In this document: piece by piece, positions 1 to 11,238 of the stretch
How positions within the stretch are numbered: the first letter of the stretch is position 1
How the letters are laid out: each line of letters starts with the position of its first letter
Assembly: GCF_000008565.1 (NCBI RefSeq)
Contig: NC_001263.1
Location: 795,776-827,775 of the forward strand
Direction: 5' to 3'
Source: Deinococcus radiodurans R1 = ATCC 13939 = DSM 20539
GTDB taxonomy: Bacteria; Deinococcota; Deinococci; Deinococcales; Deinococcaceae
DNA length: 32,000 nt
Translations under genes and position numbers: made by a program
The notes under the pieces: model-generated
Seen by the model: only the letters and a program-made list of their open reading frames with translations
Databases searched by the model: none
Told to the model about the DNA's origin: nothing

Positions 1-503
1 CCGCCCGCGCCGACGTGCCGCCCGGCAGCGGCGGTGGGGCAGATGCTTACGTCCATTTTCTGACGGAGACAGTCAAGCCGCTGGTGGATGCGACCCTGCG
101 GACCCTTCCCGGCCCGGAGTCAACCTCCGTCATCGGCAGCAGCATGGGCGGGGTGGTCAGTCTGCACGCGCTGCTGACCCGTCCGGACGTGTTCGGCCAC
201 GCGGGGCTGATGAGCCCGGCCTTCTGGACTGGCGGCGACTTCGCGCTGCGGCAGTCAGAGGCGGCGCCCCTTCCGGCAGGTCGTGTCTGGCTCGACGTGG
301 GCGGGCGCGAGAGCGACGACCCGGCGCGGGCGGCAGCGTACCGGCAGGACGCGGCGCGGCTGGCCGAGCACTGGCAAGCACGCGGCCTGGGCGAGCGGCT
401 GCACTTCAGGGAAGACCCGCAGGCCATTCACCACGAGTCGGCGTGGCGGGCGCGGTTGCCGGCGGCGCTGCGGTTTCTGCTGACTGGCACGGTCACGGAC
501 TGA
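1..503 (+). CDS. putative esterase (alpha/beta hydrolase, esterase-D/enterochelin-esterase-like); 5' end lies outside the window
   Basis: The frame is open from the window edge to stop TGA 501-503. It has a GSSMGG nucleophile elbow (G-x-S-x-G) in a YVHFLTETVKP...LMSPAFW context typical of the putative-esterase family. Confidence 0.75.
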   Translation, partial: ARADVPPGSGGGADAYVHFLTETVKPLVDATLRTLPGPESTSVIGSSMGGVVSLHALLTRPDVFGHAGLMSPAFWTGGDFALRQSEAAPLPAGRVWLDVGGRESDDPARAAAYRQDAARLAEHWQARGLGERLHFREDPQAIHHESAWRARLPAALRFLLTGTVTD

Positions 504-542
504 GCATTCCCTCAGAAATGGGAGACGCGGCATACTCGCGCC

Positions 543-821
543 ATGACCGACACCCCGCAAGGTATCGCTTTTACCCTCGACGGTGTGGACGAACTGACGT
601 TTGCCCGCATCCTGCGCGACGTGATGACCGACCCGGCGTTTCGCAGGCCGCTTCAGATTCAGGCGCAGGAGCCGCGTCCCGGCGTGCCCGCGCGCCTGAC
701 GGTGGCCTTCGACCCCGCCGAGCGCGAGCGGGCGGTGCTCGCCATGCAGCGGCTCAAGACCGTGCTGCTGCGTCACGGCGTGCAGGTGGACAGCGTGCGG
801 GTGCCGGGGGAAACGCGCTGA
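543..821 (+). CDS. hypothetical protein (92 aa)
   Basis: ATG 543 lies 6 nt after CATACT (531-536). The frame is open with G/C-rich third positions. No family recognised. Confidence 0.5.
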   Translation: MTDTPQGIAFTLDGVDELTFARILRDVMTDPAFRRPLQIQAQEPRPGVPARLTVAFDPAERERAVLAMQRLKTVLLRHGVQVDSVRVPGETR

Positions 822-982
822 CCTAGCCTGGGCGCTGGCTGAGCCGCCGTGAGGCCGTTAAGGGTCCATAAAATCAGCCGCGTCCCAGGGGCGAAGCGCG
901 GCGTCTACGATACTTGGCAAAGATTTGGTAGGGGACGCACGCTGCGGGGCTGGGCGCGGTCTCGATCTTTGAAGGGCATCGC

Positions 983-1651
983 ATGGAACAACGTATTCTC
1001 CTGATCGAAGACAATCCGGATATCACCCGCGTGGTGCAGTACGAGCTTGAACAGGCAGGGTACCGCGTCATTACGGCGCCAGACGGCATCACCGGCCTGA
1101 CGAGCGCCCGCGAAAACACCCCTGACCTGGTCATTCTCGACCTCGGTCTGCCGGACTTCGACGGGGCGGAGGTGGCGCGGCGCCTACGCAAGACGAGCAG
1201 CGTGCCGATCATCATCCTCACGGCGATGGACGCCATCGACCGCAAGGTGAATCTGCTCGAAGCGGGCGCCGACGATTACATGACCAAGCCCTTTCACCCC
1301 GAGGAACTCGTCGCCCGCGTCAAAGTGCAACTGCGGCACCAGCAACACGGCGAGGTCATCACCATCGGGGCGCTCGAAATCCATCCTCAGAAGCGGCTGT
1401 GCTCGTACAACGGCCACGAGGTCCGGCTCTCGCCCAAGGAGTTTGACCTGCTCACGTTCCTGGCGCGGCAGCCGGGCCGGGTCTATTCACGTCAGGAAAT
1501 TGAGCGCGAGGTCTGGAACGGTGAACTCCCCAGCAACTCGAACGTGGTGGATGTCCACATGGCGAACATGCGCGCCAAGCTGCGTGACCTCGACGGCTAC
1601 GGCGTGATTCGCACGGTGCGCGGCATCGGGTACGCGCTCAAAACGCCATAA
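983..1651 (+). CDS. OmpR/PhoB-family response regulator (receiver + winged-helix DNA-binding domain)
   Basis: Receiver signatures are present: LLIEDN, LVILDLGLPDFDG (phospho-acceptor Asp context), IIILTA, DDYMTKPF. The C-terminal winged helix reads LSPKEFDLLTFLARQPGRVYSRQEI...VDVHMANMRAKL...IRTVRGIGYAL. No histidine kinase gene is in the window. Confidence 0.93.
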   Translation: MEQRILLIEDNPDITRVVQYELEQAGYRVITAPDGITGLTSARENTPDLVILDLGLPDFDGAEVARRLRKTSSVPIIILTAMDAIDRKVNLLEAGADDYMTKPFHPEELVARVKVQLRHQQHGEVITIGALEIHPQKRLCSYNGHEVRLSPKEFDLLTFLARQPGRVYSRQEIEREVWNGELPSNSNVVDVHMANMRAKLRDLDGYGVIRTVRGIGYALKTP

Positions 1652-1670
1652 AGCGCACCTGAGGAAAGGG

Positions 1671-1697
1671 GGCCTGCCGGGTGCGGGCCTCTTTTTG
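1671..1697 (+). terminator. intrinsic terminator after the response regulator gene
   Basis: Stem GGCCTGC (1671-1677) pairs with GCGGGCC (1683-1689), including one G-U pair. The loop is CGGGT, followed by TCTTTTTG. Confidence 0.6.
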
Positions 1698-1714
1698 TGG
1701 TCGGGGGCGGCACA

Positions 1715-2629
1715 ATGGCACCCATGCCTGAGCCTGTCAATACCACCCTGACCGCCATCCCCGGATTTCAGGTCGGCCACTGGACCGACCCGCTGGCCCA
1801 GACCGGCTGCACCGTCGTCCTCTGCCCGCCGGAAGGTGCGGTGGCCTCGGCGTCGTTCATCGGCCCCAGCCCCGCGACCCGCGAAGGGGTGCTGCTCAGT
1901 CCCGAAAAGAAGGTGGAGCGCGTGCACGCCCTGCTGCTGACGGGCGGCAGCGCCTTTGGCCTCGCGGCGGCGACCGGGGTGGTGCGGGTGCTCGAAGAGC
2001 GCGGCATCGGCCACGAAACGGCGTTTGGCCGGGTGCCCATCGTGCCGGCGGCAGTGATCTACGACCTCGGCGTGGGCAACCCCCGCGTGCGCCCCGGCGA
2101 GATTGAGGGTGAAGCGGCGGCACGAGCAGCGTCCTCCGCTCCGGTGGAACGCGGTCAAGTGGGCGCAGGCACCGGGGCCACCGCGGGCAAATACCTCGGC
2201 GGCGGAGTGCCGGGGGGCCTGGGCAGTGTCTGCCTGGAGCGCTCCGGCGTGCGGGTGGCAGCGCTGGCAGTGGTCAATCCGGTGGGCGATGTGCTCGACG
2301 AACGCGGCGGCGTGCTGGCGGGGCCGGGCACGGGGCCAGTCGCCGCCGCCTTTACCCCCGGCGACGTGGAAAACACCACCCTGGTCGCCGTCGCCACCGA
2401 GCACGCCCTGACCAAAGCCGAGTGCCGCCGCCTGGCCGACGCCGCGCAGACCGCGCTCGCCCGCGTGATTCACCCCAGCCACACCGCCTGGGACGGAGAC
2501 AGTGCATTCGTCCTGAGCAGCGCCGCCCTGCCGCCCGCCGACCCGCTGCTGCTTGGAGCGCTGGTGCAGGAGGCCGTGTGCGCGGCGGTGCGGGACGCGG
2601 TGCGCTTAACTCGGCAAAACCTTGAGTAA
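1715..2629 (+). CDS. DmpA/BapA-like aminopeptidase family protein (peptidase S58/P1)
   Basis: Motifs GFQVGHWTD..TGCTVVL, LLLTGGSAFGLAAA, PIVPAAVIYDL and a C-terminal HPSHTAWDGDSAF are typical of this self-processing Ntn-type family. The start is ambiguous: ATG 1715, or ATG 1724 which sits 7 nt after CACAAT (1711-1716). The track's GTG 1697 lies in the upstream terminator T-tract. Confidence 0.78.
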   Translation: MAPMPEPVNTTLTAIPGFQVGHWTDPLAQTGCTVVLCPPEGAVASASFIGPSPATREGVLLSPEKKVERVHALLLTGGSAFGLAAATGVVRVLEERGIGHETAFGRVPIVPAAVIYDLGVGNPRVRPGEIEGEAAARAASSAPVERGQVGAGTGATAGKYLGGGVPGGLGSVCLERSGVRVAALAVVNPVGDVLDERGGVLAGPGTGPVAAAFTPGDVENTTLVAVATEHALTKAECRRLADAAQTALARVIHPSHTAWDGDSAFVLSSAALPPADPLLLGALVQEAVCAAVRDAVRLTRQNLE

Positions 2630-2632
2630 GAT
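2627..2632 (+). promoter_or_regulatory. -10-like box TAAGAT, 6 nt upstream of ATG 2639 (leaderless-type)
   Basis: TAAGAT overlaps the TAA stop of the upstream gene. The same box at the same spacing recurs at 3147-3152. Confidence 0.5.
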
Positions 2633-2638
2633 ACTCAC

Positions 2639-3106
2639 ATGAGTACAACTGAATATGTCAGCGGTTTGTGGGCCTTGATTGGGCACCGGCCCGTGAACTG
2701 GGCGGGGGCCTGTGCGCTGGTGCTGAACGGAGCCGGTGAAGTGTTGCTGCAACGTCGCCAGGATACGGGCGGTTGGGGAACGCCCGGCGGGATTGCCGAA
2801 CTCGGCGAGGCACTGGAAGACACTCTGCGGCGCGAGCTTCAGGAGGAAACGGGTCTGCGTCCTCTCGAAGTTCAGCTCTTGACCGTGGTCAGCGGCGCGG
2901 AGACCCACGTCCAGTTGCCCAACGGCGACGAGTTCTATCAGGTCACGGCGGTGTATGTGGTCTCTGGTTGGGAGGGCAAGCCCGCGCCAGACGGCGCTGA
3001 GGGCACGGAACTCCGCTTTTTCCCACTGGACGCGCTGCCCGCCGGTCTGGGTCCGGTCGACCGCCACGCCCTGGATTTGCTGCGGGTGTGCTGGAGTGTG
3101 CAATGA
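2639..3106 (+). CDS. NUDIX hydrolase (155 aa)
   Basis: Nudix box GGIAELGEALEDTLRRELQEETGL matches Gx5Ex7REUxEExGU. Confidence 0.9.
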   Translation: MSTTEYVSGLWALIGHRPVNWAGACALVLNGAGEVLLQRRQDTGGWGTPGGIAELGEALEDTLRRELQEETGLRPLEVQLLTVVSGAETHVQLPNGDEFYQVTAVYVVSGWEGKPAPDGAEGTELRFFPLDALPAGLGPVDRHALDLLRVCWSVQ

Positions 3107-3146
3107 ACTCGGCGGGGGCAGCTCTCTGTCCTCCACAAGTGATGTG

Positions 3147-3152
3147 TAAGAT
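3147..3152 (+). promoter_or_regulatory. -10-like box TAAGAT, 6 nt upstream of ATG 3159 (leaderless-type)
   Basis: It is part of a 23-nt module (3146-3168) identical at 22/23 positions to 2626-2648. Confidence 0.5.
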
Positions 3153-3158
3153 ACTCAG

Positions 3159-3626
3159 ATGAGTACAAAGGATTACGTGCGGGACCTGCGCCGGCTGGTT
3201 GGTCATGCACCTGTGAACTTCGTCGGGGCCGCCGGGCTGATCTGCAACGCAGCGGGAGAAGTGCTGCTGCAACGGCGGCGAGGCTCAGAGCGCTGGGGGC
3301 TGGTCGCAGGCATCGCCGAACTGGGAGAGCCTCTGGAGCAGACGCTGAGGCGCGAGGTGCAGGAGGAACTGGGGCTGACTGTTCAGGCCGCCGAGTTTCT
3401 TGAGTTGCTCAATCCGGCGGGACTCAGCCGCGTGGCAAATGGCGACGAGTTCTATTCCTACACCGCCCTTTACCGCGTGACCGCCTGGACAGGCATCCCT
3501 GTACCGGACGGGGTTGAAATTGCCGAGGCCCGGTTTTTCTCTCTCGCTGAGTTTCCGCCGTTGACCAGGCTGGGACAGAGGGCTAAAGAGGTCATGTCAT
3601 CTCCAGCGTCTATGGCTGCTTGGTAA
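3159..3626 (+). CDS. NUDIX hydrolase (155 aa), tandem paralog of 2639-3106
   Basis: Nudix box GIAELGEPLEQTLRREVQEELGL is present. It has the same length as the upstream copy and is roughly 45% identical to it by eye. Confidence 0.9.
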   Translation: MSTKDYVRDLRRLVGHAPVNFVGAAGLICNAAGEVLLQRRRGSERWGLVAGIAELGEPLEQTLRREVQEELGLTVQAAEFLELLNPAGLSRVANGDEFYSYTALYRVTAWTGIPVPDGVEIAEARFFSLAEFPPLTRLGQRAKEVMSSPASMAAW

Positions 3627-4351
3627 AGGTCAGCCGCATCCCTACCAGCCGGAACCCTGCCCGCTCCACGTTGCGCTCGCTGGGGCTGCCGGGCGTGACG
3701 AAGACGGTGGCGAGGTCGGCCCCCGCATGCATTGCCCACCGCAGGCGCCACGCGAGCAGGGCTGTCTGGGCGCCATGTCCCCGGAAAGCAGGCCGGGTTG
3801 CGGTGCCGTGGAGGGCCGCCACGCCGTCTTGCAGGTGCACCGCGCCCGTCGCTGCTTCCTGTCCGCCCACCTCCGCCACGAAGAGCCGGGTCCCCGTCGC
3901 CTGCCCCACTGCCGACCGCCTCGGTGCCGGGGCCAAAGCCCTCGGCGGCCAGCACCGCCCAGCGGTCCCGCTCCGTCGTTTCGCGCACCGGGATGTTGGA
4001 AAGCTCCGGCAAGTGCTGGAGGTCGTGGGCGTAGACGTGCAGCACGAAGTCCAGGGCATACCCCCGCGCCGTCAGGAGGGGCAGCGCGGCGGGGGCCTGC
4101 GGCGAGAGCAGGTGGAGGGTCGCCGTCTGACCGTGACGGGCGCTGAAGGCTTCAAAGTCGGCGAGTTCATCCTCAGTGGGCGGGCGTTCGCTGCTCAGCC
4201 AGCCGGTGTCGGTGGGGAGGGGCGAACCGCCGGTGCTGGCGGCGGCTACGGCGACCAGTGGCCCGATGTGCGCCACCTCACCCCCGGCCCCGAACCGAAC
4301 GTGGGCATGGGTTTCGGCATCGGCAATTCGGTCCAGCAGGTCGGTGGTCAT
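3610..4351 (-). pseudogene. GNAT-family N-acetyltransferase with a disrupted reading frame (or a sequence error)
   Basis: The N-terminal part (MTTDLLDRIADAE...WAVLAAEGFGPGTE) is in the frame of ORF 3470-4360. The C-terminal GNAT core (TRLFVAEVGG...ALHGTATRPAFRGHGAQTALL...ERAGFRLVGMRLTFTK) is in the frame of ORF 3610-4059. The switch falls around 3895-3940. Confidence 0.65.
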
Positions 4352-4389
4352 GGCCCGCACTGTAAAGCGGCGCTAGGCTGGCCGGGCAC

Positions 4390-5163
4390 ATGTCGTCTGC
4401 CGATTCCCTCCCTCTGCAAGGCCACACCGTCGCTGTCACCCGCCCGGACAGTGGGGGAGACGGCGGGGGCGGGCGCCTGGGTGAATTGCTGCGGGCGCAG
4501 GGGGCCGAGGTGCTGAGCGTGCCGCTGATTCGCTTTTTGCCGCCCGCAGACCCACGGGCGCTCTGGTCGGGGCTGCGTGACCTGCGCGGCGTGGACTGGC
4601 TGCTCGTCACGAGTCCGCAGGGGGGCCGACTGCTCGGCGAGGCGCTGGCGGCGGCGGGCGTGGCGGACCTCGCCGGGACGCGGCTGGCGGCGGTGGGCGA
4701 GGCGACGGCCCGTGAGTTGCGTGCGCGTGGATTGCCGGTGGACTTTTTGCCCACCACAGCCACCGCCCTGAGCCTGGGCCGCAAACTGCCCGCTCAGCCC
4801 GGTCAGGCCGCGCTACACCTCACCTCGCAACTGTCGGAGAACACCCTGCGCGGCGAACTGGCGGCGCGGGGCGTGACTTACCGCCGGTTGGAGCTGTACC
4901 ACACTGCGCCCGCCGTCCTGAACGCGGCGGAGCGCGTGGCCCTCGCGGGCGTGTCCGCCGTGACCCTCGCTTCGGGCAGCGCGGCGCAGGGGCTGGCGGC
5001 GCTGGCGGGGCCGGACTTTGACCCGCTGCGCCTGCCAGTCGCGGCCATCGGTGAGCAGACGGCGGCGGCGGCGTGGACTTTGGGCTTTGTTTCTGTCACC
5101 ACGGCGCCCCAGCCCTCGCTGGAAGGTCTGGTCGCGGCGGCGATTAAGGCTGTGCGTTCCTGA
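4390..5163 (+). CDS. hemD: uroporphyrinogen-III synthase
   Basis: It has the HemD-like layout: LQGHTVAVTRP..., LSVPLIRF, DWLLVTSPQGG, and a second half with TLASGSAAQGL. Confidence 0.78.
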   Translation: MSSADSLPLQGHTVAVTRPDSGGDGGGGRLGELLRAQGAEVLSVPLIRFLPPADPRALWSGLRDLRGVDWLLVTSPQGGRLLGEALAAAGVADLAGTRLAAVGEATARELRARGLPVDFLPTTATALSLGRKLPAQPGQAALHLTSQLSENTLRGELAARGVTYRRLELYHTAPAVLNAAERVALAGVSAVTLASGSAAQGLAALAGPDFDPLRLPVAAIGEQTAAAAWTLGFVSVTTAPQPSLEGLVAAAIKAVRS

Positions 5164-5182
5164 CGTGTGGCCTGCCGGCGGG

Positions 5183-5188
5183 TATGCT
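5183..5188 (+). promoter_or_regulatory. -10-like box TATGCT, 7 nt upstream of ATG 5196
   Basis: The spacing fits the leaderless pattern. It favours ATG 5196 over ATG 5184, which lies inside the box. Confidence 0.45.
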
Positions 5189-5195
5189 CACCGTC

Positions 5196-5897
<702 letters not shown>

Positions 5898-5923
5898 CGG
5901 GAGAGATTCCTCAACCCAAGCAA

Positions 5924-5953
5924 AGCCCCCAGGACAAGGTGCCTGGGGGCTTT
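5924..5953. terminator. bidirectional intrinsic terminator between convergent genes
   Basis: A perfect 10-bp stem pairs AGCCCCCAGG (5924-5933) with CCTGGGGGCT (5942-5951). AAA lies upstream and TTT downstream. Confidence 0.7.
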
Positions 5954-5967
5954 CTCCCTGCTCCGGC

Positions 5968-7116
5968 TTACTTGCGGGTCACGTTCAGTGTCGTGGCCGT
6001 GCTGCGCTGCCCGTTCTTGAGGGCTTCCACGTAGATCTTGGCGGCGGTGCGGTCGCCGTTCGCGTTGAACTTCACGTCGCCGGTCAGCAGGCCCTTGAAG
6101 GTGCCGCCACGCACGGCGGTCTCCACCTGTTCGCGGGTGGGCACCTTGTTGCCGTTGGCCTTGGCGGCGTTCAGGATGCCGGTCAGCAGCACCTTGGTCG
6201 AGTCGTAGGCCATGATGGCCGTGCCCTGCATGGGAGCGCCGAAGGTCTTCTGGTACTGGTCGGCGACCTTCTTGGCGGCGGGCACCACGGCGAGCGAGGG
6301 CGCGAGGCTGGTGAAGTAGACGTTGCTCACGTCCTTGCCCGCCAGCTTGACGTAATCGGGGCTGTCCAGGCCGTCGCCGCTGACGATGGGGGTCTGAACG
6401 CCCTTGGCGCGCAGCTGCTGGGTGAACGGCCCGATCTGGCCGTAGAGCCCGGCAAAGTAGATGGCGTCGGGCTTGAGTGTCTGAATCTTGGTGATGACCG
6501 CCGTGAAGTCGCGGTCTTCAGCGGGCACGCCTTCGCTCTGAACCACGCGCAGGCCCTTGGCCTTCATGGCCTTTTCGGCCTCGGCGGCCATGCCCTGACC
6601 GTAGGGGGTCTTGTCGTTGAGGACGTAGACCGACTTGGCCTTGAGCGTTCCGGCCACAAAGTTGCCGCCCGCCGAACCCTGGGCGTCGTCACGGGCGCAC
6701 ACGCGGTTGACGTTTTTCAGGCCCCGGTCGGTGACCTTTTCGCTGGTGGCGACAGGTGCGACGGCCACTAGGTGACTGGTGGACATCACCTGGGTCGCGG
6801 GAATCGCCACGCCGCTGGTCAGCGGGCCGACCAGACCCAGCACCGTCTTGTCGGCGACCACGCGCCGCGCCGCCGAGGTGCCGGTGGCGGGATCGGCCTG
6901 GTCGTCGTAGGCGACGAGCGAGAGATTCATGCCCAGTTTGGCGAACTCCGGCTTCATCTCGTTGATGGCGAGCTGGGTGCCGTTTTTCATCTGCACGCCG
7001 AGGTTGCTCACGGCGCCCGACAGCGGGCTGATGGTGGCGATCTTGACGGTGGTGGCGGCCTGGGCCTGCGACAGCAGCAGGGCGCTCAGGGCCGCGAGAA
7101 GAGCAGTCTTGTGCAT
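5968..7116 (-). CDS. branched-chain amino acid ABC transporter substrate-binding protein (LivJ/LivK family), secreted
   Basis: A signal peptide is present (MHKTALLAALSALLLSQAQA) on a type-I periplasmic binding fold. GGAGG (7123-7127 on the plus strand) sits 6 nt upstream of ATG 7116. The track's start at 7122 is a TTG. Confidence 0.88.
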   Translation of the reverse strand: MHKTALLAALSALLLSQAQAATTVKIATISPLSGAVSNLGVQMKNGTQLAINEMKPEFAKLGMNLSLVAYDDQADPATGTSAARRVVADKTVLGLVGPLTSGVAIPATQVMSTSHLVAVAPVATSEKVTDRGLKNVNRVCARDDAQGSAGGNFVAGTLKAKSVYVLNDKTPYGQGMAAEAEKAMKAKGLRVVQSEGVPAEDRDFTAVITKIQTLKPDAIYFAGLYGQIGPFTQQLRAKGVQTPIVSGDGLDSPDYVKLAGKDVSNVYFTSLAPSLAVVPAAKKVADQYQKTFGAPMQGTAIMAYDSTKVLLTGILNAAKANGNKVPTREQVETAVRGGTFKGLLTGDVKFNANGDRTAAKIYVEALKNGQRSTATTLNVTRK

Positions 7117-7295
7117 GAACAACCTCCGAGAATAAGGTGGAAGCCTAAACCTAGCTAGGGCCAGATTCGGTCAACGGATTGCCGTATGACCGGCAGACTA
7201 GCGCAGCCGCCGGACGGATATCTGATGCCAAGTCAGTTTCCTTCTCACCTCACCCCGCTCTGTGCAGGTGACAGACCTCCTCGGCGGGGGAGGGC

Positions 7296-7301
7296 TAGAC
7301 T
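7296..7301 (+). promoter_or_regulatory. -10-like box TAGACT, 6 nt upstream of ATG 7308
   Basis: There is no Shine-Dalgarno between box and start; this is the leaderless-type layout. Confidence 0.45.
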
Positions 7302-7307
7302 CGCCGC

Positions 7308-8261
<954 letters not shown>

Positions 8262-8282
8262 GGGCTGTCTCCTGGGTCTTAG

Positions 8283-8407
8283 AGAGCATTTGACAGAATG
8301 ATCTGGTCTGTCTTTGACCCTCTACCTTGATGGGACTCGTAGAGCTGCCCCGCAGAGAGGGCCTTGCGAAGCAAGGGGTGAGGGTGTTTTTTTCTGTCAA
8401 ATGCTCT
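8283..8407. repeat. MITE-like small noncoding element with 16-bp perfect terminal inverted repeats
   Basis: AGAGCATTTGACAGAA (8283-8298) is the exact reverse complement of TTCTGTCAAATGCTCT (8392-8407). An internal hairpin pairs CCTTGC/GCAAGG (8362-8376). The element lies in the cysK-downstream intergenic region. Confidence 0.6.
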
Positions 8408-8437
8408 GCGGACCCTGAACCCGGCACCCCGCTCGCC

Positions 8438-8443
8438 TATACT
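8438..8443 (+). promoter_or_regulatory. -10-like box TATACT, 7 nt (C7) upstream of ATG 8451
   Basis: Leaderless-type spacing; no SD. Confidence 0.45.
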
Positions 8444-8450
8444 CCCCCCC

Positions 8451-10130
<1,680 letters not shown>

Positions 10131-10296
10131 GCGCGAGCTCTCAGAGCCTACCCAACCGGAAGCGGTGACCACAGTTCAGATGAAAAAGCCTCTTGATTGA
10201 ACCTGTTGCTGGACTGCATGAATTGTTGGGTTGGTCCGTCAACGTTGAAAGATGCTCCTACACTGGCCTCCGAACTCAGTTTTCGGAGGTTTTCCT

Positions 10297-11169
10297 ATGA
10301 AAAAAACACTGCTGACCCTGACGGCTCTCCTTTCCACCACCGCTTTCGCTGGGGGCGCCGCCGCGCCTGTCGCCGCTGAAGGCACCGTGACCGTGAACGG
10401 CGCCCAGGTGTACTACAAGGCCACCGGCTCCGGTCAACCGCTGCTGCTGATTCACGGCTACCCCCTGAACGGCGAACTGTTCAAGAACAACCGCATGATG
10501 TCCGGCTACCGCGTGATTACCGTGGACCTGCCCGGCTTCGGCAAGAGCAAGCTTGCCCCCGGTCAGACCGTGAGCATCGAGAACTACGCGCAGACCATGG
10601 TCGGCTTTATGGACGCCATGAAGCTCGACAAGGCCGTGGTCGGCGGCATGAGCATGGGCGGCATGACCCTGCTCCAGATGTACAAAATTGCGCCTGAGCG
10701 CTTCAAGGGCCTGATTCTGATTGACACCACCGCCGAGCCCGCCGGGATTGCCGAGGCGGCAATGTGGCGCGGCACCGCCCAGCAGGCGCAGCAAAAAGGC
10801 GTCGCCAGCCTGGTGGACCTGCTGATGCCCCGCATGCTGACCGGCGAGAGCCGCATGAAGATGCCCAACCAGGTCGCGCACCTCGGCAACCTCATCAAGC
10901 AGGCGAGCGTGGAAGGCGCGGTCGGCGCGGGCAACGCCCTGGCCTCGCGTCCGGACGCCAACCCGGTGCTGCCGACCATCAAGGTGCCCACCCTGATCGT
11001 GGCGGGCCTGGAGGACAACGTAACGGCTCCCGAGCTGCAAATGAAGATGAACAAGGCCATCCGGGGCAGCAAGCTGGTGCTGATTCCCGGCGCCGGACAC
11101 GCCTCCACCTTTGAGAAGGCCGGTGCCATGAACGCCGCTGTGGCGAACTGGCTGCGTACCGTGCGCTGA
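10297..11169 (+). CDS. secreted alpha/beta-fold hydrolase
   Basis: GGAGG (10285-10289) sits 7 nt before ATG 10297. A signal peptide is present (MKKTLLTLTALLSTTAFAGG). Motifs HGYPLNG, GMSMGG (G-x-S-x-G) and GAGHAS (His) are present. Confidence 0.85.
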   Translation: MKKTLLTLTALLSTTAFAGGAAAPVAAEGTVTVNGAQVYYKATGSGQPLLLIHGYPLNGELFKNNRMMSGYRVITVDLPGFGKSKLAPGQTVSIENYAQTMVGFMDAMKLDKAVVGGMSMGGMTLLQMYKIAPERFKGLILIDTTAEPAGIAEAAMWRGTAQQAQQKGVASLVDLLMPRMLTGESRMKMPNQVAHLGNLIKQASVEGAVGAGNALASRPDANPVLPTIKVPTLIVAGLEDNVTAPELQMKMNKAIRGSKLVLIPGAGHASTFEKAGAMNAAVANWLRTVR

Positions 11170-11191
11170 ATCCAGTCTCAATGAGCAAAGG

Positions 11192-11220
11192 CCGGAGCTT
11201 TGATGCTCCGGTTTTTGTTT
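11192..11220. terminator. intrinsic terminator between convergent genes
   Basis: Stem CCGGAGC (11192-11198) pairs with GCTCCGG (11205-11211). The loop is TTTGAT, followed by TTTTTGTTTT. Confidence 0.7.
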
Positions 11221-11238
11221 TGGGATGGGGACCGCAGC

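Noticed and set aside
983-1651. The orphan OmpR-type response regulator (no kinase in the window) could be an unusual system.
   Set aside because: Orphan regulators are common and the cognate kinase may simply lie elsewhere. Nothing in the sequence itself is atypical: the phospho-acceptor Asp, Thr and Lys are present.
1487-2482. Long ORFs lie antisense to or overlapping called genes: 1487-2482(-), 4878-5891(-), 7245-7943(-), 8991-10172(-), 11200-12594(+), 11291-12643(-), 13326-14627(+), 14879-16093(+), 17114-18151(-), 18541-20103(+), 20284-21375(-), 24179-26065(-), 28516-30618(+).
   Set aside because: Their translations are Arg/Gly/Ala/Pro/His-rich low-complexity strings without family motifs. 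Each overlaps a gene with clear motifs. Stop-codon-poor alternative frames are expected at this GC content.
5968-7116. The LivJ-like binding protein, without adjacent permease/ATPase genes, could be an orphan receptor.
   Set aside because: Solitary substrate-binding protein genes are frequent in this kind of genome. No additional signal supports a special role.
7128-7295. A riboswitch or leader might lie in the 185-nt divergent region between the LivJ-like gene and cysK.
   Set aside because: Only short generic hairpins are present (e.g. CGGTCA...TGACCG). I recognise no conserved riboswitch core (SAM, T-box, glycine, etc.). cysK appears leaderless.
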